From: Candidatus Entotheonellaceae bacterium | GTDB taxonomy: Bacteria; Tectomicrobia; Entotheonellia; Entotheonellales; Entotheonellaceae | Assembly (NCBI GenBank): GCA_965238075.1 | Contig: OZ250173.1 | Span: 1,792,001-1,856,000, forward strand | Length of the DNA stretch: 64,000 nucleotides | Reading direction: 5' to 3' | Part shown: positions 48,833-58,487 of the stretch, piece by piece | Numbering within the stretch: position 1 is the first letter of the stretch | Layout of the letters: the number at the start of each line of letters is the position of its first letter | Notes under the pieces: generated by a model | The model's database searches: none | What the model was told of the DNA's origin: nothing | What the model saw: only the letters and a program-made list of their open reading frames with translations | Program-made: the position numbers and the translations under genes

Positions 48833-50092
48833 ATGAGCAAAAGGCTTCGGCACTTGGCATCGGCGGCTGTGTGGTTCGTTCTCCTGAGCCTCGTCCTGAC
48901 GCCCGCAACCGCGCTGCCGAAAGAGCATGACCGCGCTGCCCGGCAGGCCCTGCAGCGTTATCTCGCCAACACCGCCAAGCACGGCAGAACCCAGAACGCG
49001 CAGGGCGTGTGGCTGCAATCGGCGCAGTCGGTCCTGCTGCACCATCGAGGCAACGTGCCGTTGCCGGCCGCATCCCTCACCAAAGTCGCCACTACCCTGG
49101 CCGCCCTCCGCACCTGGGGGCCTCTGCACCGCTTCCCCACGCTGATCGGGGCCATCGGCACCATCAGCAAGGGCGTCTTGCACGGCGATCTCGTGGTGTA
49201 CGGCGGCAGCGATCCGTTTTTCGTCTGGGAAGACGCCATCGTGCTGGGCAACACCCTGGAGCAGGTCGGTATCACGCGGGTCGACGGCAGCCTGCTCATC
49301 GTCGGCAGGTTCTACATGAATTTCGTCATGGAGCCCGCCAAGGCCGGCGGCCTGCTCAAACGGGGACTGAACGCCGCCGTCTGGCCCAAGAGCGTTAAGG
49401 CGCAATATCGCGCGCTGCCCAAGGGCACACCCAAGCCGCGCGTCGCCATTTCCGGCCCCGTGAAAGTGGCGAAGGCGCCGGACGGACAGCCGCCGCTCAT
49501 CCGGCACCGCTCACTGCCGCTGTTCGACATCCTCAAGCGCATGAACATCTACAGCAACAACGCCATGGCCACAATGCTCACCATCGCTGTAGGTGGAAGC
49601 GGCAAAATGCGGCAAATAGCCGCCCAGGCGGCGGGCGTAAGCAAAAACGAACTGCGTCTGAACAACGGCTCCGGGATCGACAGGAGCAATCAGATATCTC
49701 CCCGAGCGGTCTGCGCCCTGTTCATGGCCATTCACAACACGCTGCAACCCGACGGCCTGAACATCTCGGATGTCTTTCCCATCGCCGGACGCGATAAAGG
49801 CACCATCGCACGCCGCAATCTGCCATCGCACGCCGTCGTCAAAACGGGCACCCTGCGGAACGTCAGCACCCTGGGTGGCGTCATCTTTACCCGCAAGCAC
49901 GGACCGGTGTGGTTCGCGCTGCTCAATCAGGGCAGCAGCCGCCCCGCTCTGCGCACCCATCAGGACACCCTGCTGACAAGCCTCACGCAATCCTGGGGCA
50001 GTCTGGACGATCCACCTGCTCCCTTCAAGCCCTTCGACTTCGTAATGGAGTTCGAGCGCGACTCCATCTTAATCCGCCAGTCACGATATTGA
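48833..50092 (+). CDS. dacB: D-alanyl-D-alanine carboxypeptidase/endopeptidase (peptidase S13, PBP4-like)
   Basis: Signal peptide; SLTK (SxxK), YSNN (SxN), KTGTL; NGSG. Confidence 0.88.
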   Translation: MSKRLRHLASAAVWFVLLSLVLTPATALPKEHDRAARQALQRYLANTAKHGRTQNAQGVWLQSAQSVLLHHRGNVPLPAASLTKVATTLAALRTWGPLHRFPTLIGAIGTISKGVLHGDLVVYGGSDPFFVWEDAIVLGNTLEQVGITRVDGSLLIVGRFYMNFVMEPAKAGGLLKRGLNAAVWPKSVKAQYRALPKGTPKPRVAISGPVKVAKAPDGQPPLIRHRSLPLFDILKRMNIYSNNAMATMLTIAVGGSGKMRQIAAQAAGVSKNELRLNNGSGIDRSNQISPRAVCALFMAIHNTLQPDGLNISDVFPIAGRDKGTIARRNLPSHAVVKTGTLRNVSTLGGVIFTRKHGPVWFALLNQGSSRPALRTHQDTLLTSLTQSWGSLDDPPAPFKPFDFVMEFERDSILIRQSRY

Positions 50093-50200
50093 CTTCACGT
50101 TTCGGCCAACCTAGGATTGAGACACCCTCCGGGAAGGACCGGTATTCAGCAACATGAACACCTTCCCTCCCTTTCACGATACCCTCCTCGAAGGAATGCC

Positions 50201-51055
50201 ATGAGTACACCGCGACGCGGTTTCGACGCCGTTACCCCCAGTTCTCTATCCGCATATCTGGTGGAGGTTCGTCGCAGGTCCGTACCCGCCCCCGAAGAAG
50301 AAACCGCCCTGGGTCAGCGCATCAAAACCGGGAGCACCGAGGCGCTGCACGAATTGGTCGAGCGCAACCTGCGCTTCGTCGTGCAGGTGGCCAGCAAGTA
50401 CCAGGGCTACGGCCTGCCCCTCTCCGACCTCATCAACGAGGGCAACCTCGGCCTGCTGCACGCCGCCGGGAAATTCGACTCGGAGCGCGGCGTGCGCTTC
50501 ATCACCTATGCCGTGTGGTGGATTCGCCAAGCCATCATGCACGCCATCGCTGAGGGCGGCAACGCCGTCCGCCTGCCCATCAAGCAGGCCGAGGCGCTCT
50601 CCAAGCTGCGCCAGAAATTCGATGAGATGCAACGCGCGATGGGCACCGAGCCAACGGTGGCCGAGTTGGCCAACGCCCTGGATATGAAGGAGATGGATAT
50701 CCAGGACCTGCTCCGCGTGCACCGCCCTTGCCTGTCTCTGGATGCGCCGATTCAAGAGGATGGCGACGTCACCCAACTCGACTTCCTGCAGTCGAGCACC
50801 CTGCCTTCCAGCGAGGAAATCTATTTTCAGGCTTCCATGGCCAAGGAAATGCAACAACTCCTGCAGCGCCTCGAACCGCGCGAGGCCAAAATCCTGCGCG
50901 CCCGCTTCGGTTTTGACGACACCCCCAAGAGCTTGGCGGCCATCGGGCGGGAACTCGGCCTGTCCCGCGAACGGGTTCGCCAGATCGAGACCCGCGCCCG
51001 CAACAAGCTGCGCACCATGGCCAAGGAAAAGGCCCTTAATCACTACCTGAATTAA
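50201..51055 (+). CDS. Sigma-70 family sigma factor lacking region 1.1
   Basis: NLRFVVQVASKY, DLINEGNLGL, RFITYAVWWIRQ, SLDAP, LSRERVRQIE. Confidence 0.93.
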   Translation: MSTPRRGFDAVTPSSLSAYLVEVRRRSVPAPEEETALGQRIKTGSTEALHELVERNLRFVVQVASKYQGYGLPLSDLINEGNLGLLHAAGKFDSERGVRFITYAVWWIRQAIMHAIAEGGNAVRLPIKQAEALSKLRQKFDEMQRAMGTEPTVAELANALDMKEMDIQDLLRVHRPCLSLDAPIQEDGDVTQLDFLQSSTLPSSEEIYFQASMAKEMQQLLQRLEPREAKILRARFGFDDTPKSLAAIGRELGLSRERVRQIETRARNKLRTMAKEKALNHYLN

Positions 51056-51065
51056 CCCGGCCCCC

Positions 51066-51815
51066 TTACTGCGCCGTATATCCCCCATCGATGACCAGCT
51101 CCGCCCCCGTCACGTAGGCAGCCTCGTCGGACGCCAGATACAACACCCCATAGGCAATGTCCTCAGACGTACCCAAGCGGCCCAGGGGCATGTCACGCAA
51201 GCGTCGTTCCAGCATTTCCGGATCGGAATACGTGCTCTCGGTCATGGGGGTGCGCACCGGCCCCGGATGGATGGAATTACAGCGAATGTTGTCATCGGCA
51301 TGATGCACGGCCGTCACCTTCGTAAACACCCGCACGGCGCCCTTGGAGGCGTTGTAGGCCGGCCCGCCGAGAGCCACCATGCCGGAAATCGACGAGATAT
51401 TGACGATCGAGCCGCCGCCCGCCTTGCGCATTTCCGGAATGGCGTACTTGGTGCCCAGAAACACGCCGGTGGCGTTCACCGCCAGAATCGTGTCCCATAG
51501 CTCCTTGGTCGTCTCCTCGATGCCATCGCGCCGCAGAATACCGGCGTTGTTCACCAGGATGTCCAGCTTGCCGTACGTCGACACCGCGGTGGCCACGGCC
51601 TGCTGCCAATCCGCCTCCTGGGTCACGTCGAGGTGAACGTAGGTGGCCTCGCCGCCGGCTTGGCGAATGGCCGCCTCGACCTGCTTGCCTTCCTCGTCCA
51701 GGATGTCGCCAAACACCACCTTGGCGCCTTCCTGCACGAAGAGCTTTGCCTCCACCTCGCCCTGACCCCGCGCGCCACCGCTGATGATCGCTACTTTTCC
51801 GTCCAGCCTGCCCAT
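51066..51815 (-). CDS. Short-chain dehydrogenase/reductase
   Basis: SGGARGQG, NNAG, YNASK. Confidence 0.95.
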   Translation of the reverse strand: MGRLDGKVAIISGGARGQGEVEAKLFVQEGAKVVFGDILDEEGKQVEAAIRQAGGEATYVHLDVTQEADWQQAVATAVSTYGKLDILVNNAGILRRDGIEETTKELWDTILAVNATGVFLGTKYAIPEMRKAGGGSIVNISSISGMVALGGPAYNASKGAVRVFTKVTAVHHADDNIRCNSIHPGPVRTPMTESTYSDPEMLERRLRDMPLGRLGTSEDIAYGVLYLASDEAAYVTGAELVIDGGYTAQ

Positions 51816-51939
51816 GTTTCCTCCTTGGTGAAGTCGTACGGCGTCATGCCCTACTGCTGTCACTGCCATCGCCCCTGCAGCGCGCTCTATATACACCAAA
51901 GCCCGTAGCGACACCAGAAAGCCGCCGTGCCCGCGCGAT

Positions 51940-51968
51940 TTGACGCCCTGCCGCTATCTCCCTACACT
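51940..51968 (+). promoter_or_regulatory. Sigma-70-type promoter for the second SDR
   Basis: TTGACG-17 bp-TACACT. Confidence 0.5.
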
Positions 51969-51986
51969 ACGCGCCCTGCATTCGGC

Positions 51987-52073
51987 GTAGATCGGATTAG
52001 CGAAGCGTCATCCGACAAGAACAGAGGCACCGCGGCGGGACGTCGGGTTACGCCTGCGGCTAACCCGACCTAC
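51987..52073. repeat. GTAG-family REP doublet (REPIN-like)
   Basis: GTAGATCGGATTAGCGAAGCGTCATCCGAC and inverted GTCGGGTTACGCCTGCGGCTAACCCGACCTAC. Confidence 0.8.
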
Positions 52074-52122
52074 ATGCTACGGCGTTTGGACAACACGGCC
52101 TGTTGGCGAGGAGGAAAGCGCA

Positions 52123-52896
52123 ATGCGATTGGCGGGGAAGGTAGCCCTGATCACCGGGGCGGCGGCTGGCGTGGAAGGCGAAGTTATGGGATTCGGCGGC
52201 GCCGCGGCGCGTCTGTTCGCGCAGCACGGCGCCAAGGTCGTCCTCACCGACATCCTGGAGGACAAGGGGCAACGGACCGCGGAGCAGATTCAGGCGGACG
52301 GCGGCGACGTCATGTTCGTGCGGCTTGACGTCACCAGCGAGGAAGACTGGCAGGAGGCCGTGCAAACCGCGGTATCGCGCTTCGGTGGCCTGAACGTCAT
52401 GGTCAACAACGCCGGCACCGCGGCGCGCGAGCGGATAGAGGAAACCACCGTGGACATCTGGGACGGCCAGATGGACGTGCACGCCAAGGGCGTCTTCCTG
52501 GGCACGAAATTCGCCATCCCGGAAATGCGCAAGGCCGGCGGCGGCTCAATCATCAACATATCGTCCATCTACGGCATCGTCGGCAGCCCGTATTCCACCG
52601 CCTACCACGCCGCCAAGGGCGCCATCCGCACGTTCACCAAAACGGCCGCCATCCAGTGCGCGGCGGACAACATCCGGGTCAACTCGATTCACCCCGGATT
52701 CTGCCACACACCGCTCACCGACGACGGCTATAACAACGAGGTCGGACGGCGCCAGTGGTGCCTGGACCGCACCCCGATCGGCCGCCTGGGCAATGCCGAC
52801 GACATCGCCTACGGCATGCTGTACCTGGCCTCGGACGAGTCGCGCTACGTCACCGGCACCGAATTGGTCATCGACGGCGGCATGACCGCGCAGTAG
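52123..52896 (+). CDS. Short-chain dehydrogenase/reductase
   Basis: TGAAAG...GFGG, NNAG, YHAAK. Confidence 0.95.
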   Translation: MRLAGKVALITGAAAGVEGEVMGFGGAAARLFAQHGAKVVLTDILEDKGQRTAEQIQADGGDVMFVRLDVTSEEDWQEAVQTAVSRFGGLNVMVNNAGTAARERIEETTVDIWDGQMDVHAKGVFLGTKFAIPEMRKAGGGSIINISSIYGIVGSPYSTAYHAAKGAIRTFTKTAAIQCAADNIRVNSIHPGFCHTPLTDDGYNNEVGRRQWCLDRTPIGRLGNADDIAYGMLYLASDESRYVTGTELVIDGGMTAQ

Positions 52897-52929
52897 AGCA
52901 GCCAGTAAAGACAAAAGAGGGACAAAAGT

Positions 52930-53853
52930 ATGAAGGCGGTTCTGTTAACAGGGCATGGTGGGCCGGAAATGCTGCACTACGGCGAGGCGCCGGACCCGAC
53001 GGCCGGATTCGGCGAGGTGGTGGTGGACGTGCGCGCCGCCAGCGTCAACGCGGCCGACTACAAGGTGCGGCTCGGCGGCGGGTACTCAATTTCCAGCTTC
53101 CCGTACATCCTGGGCCGTGACTTTTCGGGCGTGGTCAGCGTTGCCGGGCCGGGCGTCAGCGACCTCGCCGTCGGTGACGCCGTGTTCGGCGTGCTTGACC
53201 AAGGCGTGGAAGGCGCCTACGCCGAAAAGCTCGCCATCAAGGCCGCCATCATCGCCAAGAAGCCCGACAGCCTCGGTCATGCCGAAGCCGCGGCCATGGC
53301 GCTGACCAGCCTCACGGCACTGTGGGCGCTCGAAGACGAGGCGAAGCTCGCCAGCGCCGAGACCATCCTCATCCAGGGCGGCGCCGGCGGCGTGGCCGGG
53401 TTCGCCATCCAGTTCGCCAAGCACCTCGGCGCCACGGTCATCACCACCGCCAGCCCCGACAACCACGACTACGTCCGCAGCCTCGGCGCCGACCGGGTCA
53501 TCGACTACCACACCGAGGACTTCACCCGCACGGTTTCCGACTGTGACATGGTGTTCGATACCGTCGGCGGCGAGGTCCAGGTGCGCTCCTACGAGGTCCT
53601 CAAGCCCGGCGGCCGCCTCGTGTGGATCGCCCCGGCTCCGGAGGGCTACCAACCGACCCGCACCGACGTCCACACCCTGCGCCCCAACGTCCGCCGCGAC
53701 CGCCCCCACCTGGAACGCATGCTCGAGCTGCTCGCCGCCGGCGCCGTCTGGCCGCCCCACATCACCCGCTACCCTCTCTCCGAAGCGCCCGCCGCCCACC
53801 GCATCAGCGAAGCCCGCCACCTGCGCGGCAAGCTGGTGTTCGAGGTGCGGTGA
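52930..53853 (+). CDS. NADP-dependent quinone oxidoreductase (MDR family)
   Basis: AASVNAAD, ILGRDFSG, QGGAGGVAG, GADRVIDY, GKLV. Confidence 0.93.
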   Translation: MKAVLLTGHGGPEMLHYGEAPDPTAGFGEVVVDVRAASVNAADYKVRLGGGYSISSFPYILGRDFSGVVSVAGPGVSDLAVGDAVFGVLDQGVEGAYAEKLAIKAAIIAKKPDSLGHAEAAAMALTSLTALWALEDEAKLASAETILIQGGAGGVAGFAIQFAKHLGATVITTASPDNHDYVRSLGADRVIDYHTEDFTRTVSDCDMVFDTVGGEVQVRSYEVLKPGGRLVWIAPAPEGYQPTRTDVHTLRPNVRRDRPHLERMLELLAAGAVWPPHITRYPLSEAPAAHRISEARHLRGKLVFEVR

Positions 53854-54040
53854 GCGCGGGCTGGGACGCCAACACCGTCACGTATGCTCTGGAGCGGCTC
53901 CGCAGCCCGAACGACATTCCCGATTTCATTATGGTCCAGGGTAACGACAGCGACGAGACGCTGAAATACACTGAGATCGGCACCATATTAGTGCGCACGA
54001 ATTCAGGGCGCATTGAGCGAAACGAATGAAGGGATGACCC

Positions 54041-54183
54041 GTGAAAAACATTACTCTGAGTGCCGACGAGAATCTGATCGAAGCGGCGCGTCGCACCTGC
54101 TCGCATAGCCACAGTCGGGCCCTATTGCAGTGAAGGTCATCAATCAACTGGGGGACGAGATGATGAAGGTGCTCCGGGTGTGA
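54041..54183 (+). pseudogene. Fused remnants: RHH antitoxin N-terminus plus DNA methyltransferase C-terminus
   Basis: MKNITLSADENLIEAARR, then PQSGPIAVKVINQLGDEMMKVLRV*, resembling the C-terminus of type III-like Mod enzymes. Confidence 0.6.
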
Positions 54184-54187
54184 CAAA

Positions 54188-54242
54188 TATAGGTAAATTA
54201 GCTAAGTTATCATCCTAGTATAACTTCCCTAATTCTCCTATA
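54188..54242. promoter_or_regulatory. 55-bp AT-rich imperfect palindrome (candidate operator)
   Basis: TATAGGTAAATTAGCTAAGTTAT-9 bp-ATAACTTCCCTAATTCTCCTATA; 19/23 arm match. Confidence 0.7.
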
Positions 54243-54256
54243 AATGGATTTGTCCC

Positions 54257-55453
54257 ATGGACCCAATACGCAACCCGTATGCGCCCGGAGCGGGCACCCG
54301 GCCGCCTGAGCTGGCCGGCCGCGACGCAATCCGTGACTCCGCAAAAATCGTGCTGGAGCGGACCAGAATCGGGCGCCCCACCAAGAGCATCGTGATGGTT
54401 GGCTTGCGGGGTGTTGGTAAAACCGTGCTCTTGGACTTCATTCGGCAGGAAGCCGAATCGAGCGGCATTCACGCGCTGCGAATAGAGGCGCCTGAAAACC
54501 GCTCCCTTCCCGCGATTCTGGCGCCCCAACTGCGTGTTGCACTGCTGAAGCTCTCGAGGCGGCGGAGGGCAACCCAACTGGCGCAAAGGGCGCTCAAAGG
54601 TTTGGCGGGATTTGCCAGCGCCCTGAAGGTGACGTACCAGGACATCGAAGTGGGGTTGGACTTCGACCCGGAACCCGGGTTAGCGGACAACGGCAACCTG
54701 GAAATCGACTTGCAGGAATTATTTGAGGTCGTCGGCGCTGCAGCCAAGGCGGATGAGACCTGTGTGGCCCTTCTGGTTGATGAGCTCCAATATGTGAAAG
54801 AGGACGAACTGGCGGCCTTGATCACCGCCTTGCACCGGACTGCGCAGCGGCAACTCCCCGTGGTCATGTTTGGCGCTGGCCTGCCCCAGGTGCGAGGTCG
54901 CATGGGGAAGGCGAAGTCATACGCCGAACGGCTGTTCGAGTTTCCTGACATCGGCCCGCTCTCGCCTGAAGACGCCAAGCGCGCCATCGCCAAGCCAGCA
55001 AGCGACGAAGGCGTGAAGATAAAGTCTGCCGCTCTCGATGCCATCGTTTCGCAGACTAAATGCTATCCCTACTTTCTGCAGGAATGGGGCAAGCACGTCT
55101 GGGACGTTGCCGAGCGGTCACCCATCACGGCTAGCAACGTTGAAATCGCGTCCAAACAGGCGATAGCGACCCTCGATGAAAGCTTCTTCCGAGTTCGATT
55201 CGACAGGTTGACGCCCGCAGAAAAGAGATACGTGCGTGCGATGGCGCAACTCGGCACAGGACCGCATCGTTCCGGCGATATCGCTAACGAACTGAACCGT
55301 CAAGTAAGCTCTCTGGCTCCCACGCGCAATCAACTGATCAACAAAGGCATGATTTGGAGTCCAAGTCACGGCGACACCGCGTTCACCGTCCCCATGTTCG
55401 ACGAATTCATGCGGCGTATCATGCCCGGCGATGGGTGGCTATCGTCCGGTTAG
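54257..55453 (+). CDS. AAA+ ATPase (AAA_16-like) with C-terminal winged helix
   Basis: NPYAPGAG.PPELAGR, GLRGVGKT, LLVDELQ, YPYFLQ, RNQLINKGMIW; lower GC than the flanks. Confidence 0.9.
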   Translation: MDPIRNPYAPGAGTRPPELAGRDAIRDSAKIVLERTRIGRPTKSIVMVGLRGVGKTVLLDFIRQEAESSGIHALRIEAPENRSLPAILAPQLRVALLKLSRRRRATQLAQRALKGLAGFASALKVTYQDIEVGLDFDPEPGLADNGNLEIDLQELFEVVGAAAKADETCVALLVDELQYVKEDELAALITALHRTAQRQLPVVMFGAGLPQVRGRMGKAKSYAERLFEFPDIGPLSPEDAKRAIAKPASDEGVKIKSAALDAIVSQTKCYPYFLQEWGKHVWDVAERSPITASNVEIASKQAIATLDESFFRVRFDRLTPAEKRYVRAMAQLGTGPHRSGDIANELNRQVSSLAPTRNQLINKGMIWSPSHGDTAFTVPMFDEFMRRIMPGDGWLSSG

Positions 55454-55468
55454 CGCGAGGGGGCGATT

Positions 55469-55642
55469 ATGAAGTTGAAGGTCGTCATCCACGAAGCAGA
55501 AGAAGGCGGTTATTGGGCCAAGGTGCCAGCCATTTCCGGATGCGCCACACAGGGGGACTCGTTTGAAGAACTGCTTGGCAATCTCTACGAAGCCGTCGAA
55601 GGTTGCCTTTCGGTGGATGCCCCGGCCACCGACGGCTTTTGA
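55469..55642 (+). CDS. HicB family antitoxin, no hicA partner
   Basis: Hand translation: MKLKVVIHEAEEGGYWAKVPAISGCATQGDSFEELLGNLYEAVEGCL (57 aa in total). Confidence 0.85.
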   Translation: MKLKVVIHEAEEGGYWAKVPAISGCATQGDSFEELLGNLYEAVEGCLSVDAPATDGF

Positions 55643-55751
55643 CGCAGCAACCAAAATGCGGTAGAAACCAACACTTCCCAGCTCGCATTGCATCTTCCCA
55701 CTGTGCCGGCTCGCCTTGCGACGCCCTCGCTCAACACACTTGGAGGTCACC

Positions 55752-56984
55752 ATGCCCAGGCTTCAATTTGGCGCCTTTCTTGCCCCGCATCACCCGATTG
55801 CCGAGAATCCGACGCTGCAGTTCCGCGGCGACCTGGATTTCGTGGAACATCTGGACAAGCTCGGTTACGACGAGTTCTGGTGCGGGGAACATCACTCGAC
55901 GGGCTGGGAGATGATCGCCTCCCCGGAAATGTTTCTGGCGGCTGCCGGCGAGCGCACCCATCGCATCAAGCTCGGCACGGGCGTGGTGTCGCTGCCGTAT
56001 CATCACCCCTTCATCGTGGCGCAGCGCATCGTGCAGCTCGACCACATGACGGGCGGGCGCGCCATCTTCGGCTCCGGGCCGGGGGCGCTGCCTTCCGACG
56101 CCCATACGCTGGGCATCGACCCGATGGTGCAGCGCGACCGGCAGGACGAGGCGATTGGCGTCATCCGGCGCCTGCTGCGCGGTGAGGAACGCTTCAGCTA
56201 CGAGTCGGACTGGTTCACCCTGCGCGACGCGCGCCTGCACCTGCTACCGCTGCAGGAGGACCTGCCCTTTGCCGTCGCCTCCATCATCAGCCCGTCCGGC
56301 ATGACCCTGGCGGGCAAGCACGGCACGGGGATACTGTCGATCGGCTCGATGTCCACCGAGGGTTTGCAAGCCCTGCCGCTGCAGTGGAGCTTCGCGGAGG
56401 AATCGGCGGCCAAGCACGGCAACACGATGGACCGCCGCGACTGGCGCATCGTGATGTCGTGGCACGTCGCCGAGACGCGCGAGCAGGCCCGCAAGGAGGC
56501 GCGGGAAGGGCTGATGCACTGGCACAACGAGTACACCGTCGGCACCCTCATGCGGCCCGGCACGGAGCCGTTCAGCGACCCGGATGAGGCGGTGGACAAA
56601 ACGGCTTTCGGCGAGGATTCGGCGTCGGTGATCGGCACGCCCGACGATCTGGTGACCGCCATCCAGCGCATGACGGAGTTGACCGGCGGCTTCGGAACGG
56701 TCATCGGCTTCGTGCACGACTGGGCGAACCGGGAGAACACGCTGCGGAGTTGGGACCTGGTGGCCCGCTACGTCATTCCGCAGGTGAACGGCATGCTGAC
56801 GGCGTACCACGACTCGCGCCAGTTCGTGGTGGAGCACCGCGACTCATTCCAGCGCGCCAACCAGGCGGTGCTGTCCAAGATCATGGAAAACGAGCGCGCC
56901 GCCGCGGCCGCGAAGCAGACCGGCAACGGGCGCTTCGCCATCCCGGCGCACCACGCGCCGGACATGGAGAAAACGCCGTCGTAA
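55752..56984 (+). CDS. LLM-class flavin monooxygenase (limonene 1,2-monooxygenase-like)
   Basis: FGAFLAPHH, WCGEHHS, GTGVVSLPYHHP, GSGPGALPSD. Confidence 0.92.
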   Translation: MPRLQFGAFLAPHHPIAENPTLQFRGDLDFVEHLDKLGYDEFWCGEHHSTGWEMIASPEMFLAAAGERTHRIKLGTGVVSLPYHHPFIVAQRIVQLDHMTGGRAIFGSGPGALPSDAHTLGIDPMVQRDRQDEAIGVIRRLLRGEERFSYESDWFTLRDARLHLLPLQEDLPFAVASIISPSGMTLAGKHGTGILSIGSMSTEGLQALPLQWSFAEESAAKHGNTMDRRDWRIVMSWHVAETREQARKEAREGLMHWHNEYTVGTLMRPGTEPFSDPDEAVDKTAFGEDSASVIGTPDDLVTAIQRMTELTGGFGTVIGFVHDWANRENTLRSWDLVARYVIPQVNGMLTAYHDSRQFVVEHRDSFQRANQAVLSKIMENERAAAAAKQTGNGRFAIPAHHAPDMEKTPS

Positions 56985-56999
56985 GGTGGGAAACGGGGA

Positions 57000-58448
57000 T
57001 CAGTAACCGGGCGGCGGGGTGAAGGCGAAACCGGCGCTTTCGAGCAGCTTGGCGAGACCAATGGTTTTGAGGTCGCCGAACTCCGGCCCGATGATCTGCA
57101 CCCCAATGGGCAAGCCGTCGGCGCTCAGACCCGCCGGCACGATGGTGGCTGGCAGGTAGGCGCAGATCGCCAGGCCGGCCCAGAAAATCTGCTGAAAATA
57201 CGGCTGCGGTACGCCGTCTACCTTGATGGTCCGCTTCTCAAAACGCTGGTGATCGTGCTCGAACGCCGGCGTCGCCATGATCGGCGTAATCAGCGCGTCA
57301 TGCGTCTTGAAAAAGTCATGCCAGGCCCAGCGCAGATGGGTGCGCGCCTCGTTGGCCCGGGCGTATTCCCAGTGGCTGGCGATCTGCCGCCGCAGCGTGC
57401 GGGCGCGGTCGCTCTGGTCGTCGGGGCTCAGGGCCGCCACGTCCGCCTGCATCTTGGCGTAGGCATCTTCCGGCTGCCGGGCGGCCAGCGTGGCTTGCAG
57501 AAGCAGTTGATAAATGTCATTGGCCTCACGCGCCACGAAGTTCGGCCTGGCCGTTTCGTCCACCGTGCCCCCTGACCGTGAAATGGCCTCGGCAACCGCT
57601 TCGACTCGCCCCACCACCTCCTGACTCACCGGCGCGATGTCGTCATTCTTCCACACTGCCACGCGATATTCGCCCAGCGCCGTTTGGCTGGGCGCTTGCA
57701 GGTCCAGCCGATAACCGGCCCGCTGCAGCTCGTCGGGACCGGCGGTGGCCTGCACGCTGAGCTCGAGGTCCGCGGCGCTGCGCGCCAGCGGGCCAATGAC
57801 GGAAAGGTCCGACTGCGCCAGGATGCCCGGCGTGGCGTGACCTCGGGGCGGCAGCAGGCCCCACGTTGGCTTGTGCCCGAAGACACCGCAAAAGTGGGCC
57901 GGATTACGGATCGAACCGCCGATATCCGAACCGATTTCCAAGGCCGTCATGCCGCTCGCCAGCGCCGCCGCGGAGCCGCCGGACGAGCCGCCGGGGGCGC
58001 GCTGCGGGTCCCACGGGTTGTTGGTGGTGCCGTAGACGTCGTTGTAACTCTGGAAATCCGCCAGCCACAGCGGCACGTTCGTCTTGCCGAAGACAACCGC
58101 CCCGGCCGCCTTCAGCCGCTGGATCGCCAGCGCGTCCTCGGCGGCGACGTTGTCCTTCAACTGCGGCGAGCCAAACGTCGTCGGCAGCCCTGACACGTTA
58201 AACGAGTCCTTGCACGTCATCGGCACGCCGTGCAGCGGCCCCCAGACTTCCCCGCGCGCCAGCGCCGCGTCGGCCTGCCGGGCACGTTCGCGGGCGCGGT
58301 CGGCGTCCAGCACAACGATGGCATTGAGCTGCGGATTGAACTGGTCTACACGCTCCAGGTAGTGATCGAGAAGCTCCAGGCAGCCGATCTGCCGGTCGCG
58401 GATCAATTGCGCCAGCTCAGCAGCCGGCTTGAACGTCACGTCAGTCAT
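57000..58448 (-). CDS. Amidase-signature family amidase
   Basis: GPLHGVPMTCKD, GKTNVP, PGGSSGGS, GSDIGGSIRNPA. Confidence 0.95.
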   Translation of the reverse strand: MTDVTFKPAAELAQLIRDRQIGCLELLDHYLERVDQFNPQLNAIVVLDADRARERARQADAALARGEVWGPLHGVPMTCKDSFNVSGLPTTFGSPQLKDNVAAEDALAIQRLKAAGAVVFGKTNVPLWLADFQSYNDVYGTTNNPWDPQRAPGGSSGGSAAALASGMTALEIGSDIGGSIRNPAHFCGVFGHKPTWGLLPPRGHATPGILAQSDLSVIGPLARSAADLELSVQATAGPDELQRAGYRLDLQAPSQTALGEYRVAVWKNDDIAPVSQEVVGRVEAVAEAISRSGGTVDETARPNFVAREANDIYQLLLQATLAARQPEDAYAKMQADVAALSPDDQSDRARTLRRQIASHWEYARANEARTHLRWAWHDFFKTHDALITPIMATPAFEHDHQRFEKRTIKVDGVPQPYFQQIFWAGLAICAYLPATIVPAGLSADGLPIGVQIIGPEFGDLKTIGLAKLLESAGFAFTPPPGY

Positions 58449-58487
58449 GTCCCTTCCTTCATTCAAAGCTTGCTAGCCAGGGGCGGC

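Noticed and set aside
53850-54029. 59-codon ORF overlapping the oxidoreductase stop
   Set aside because: No recognisable family; probably islet debris.
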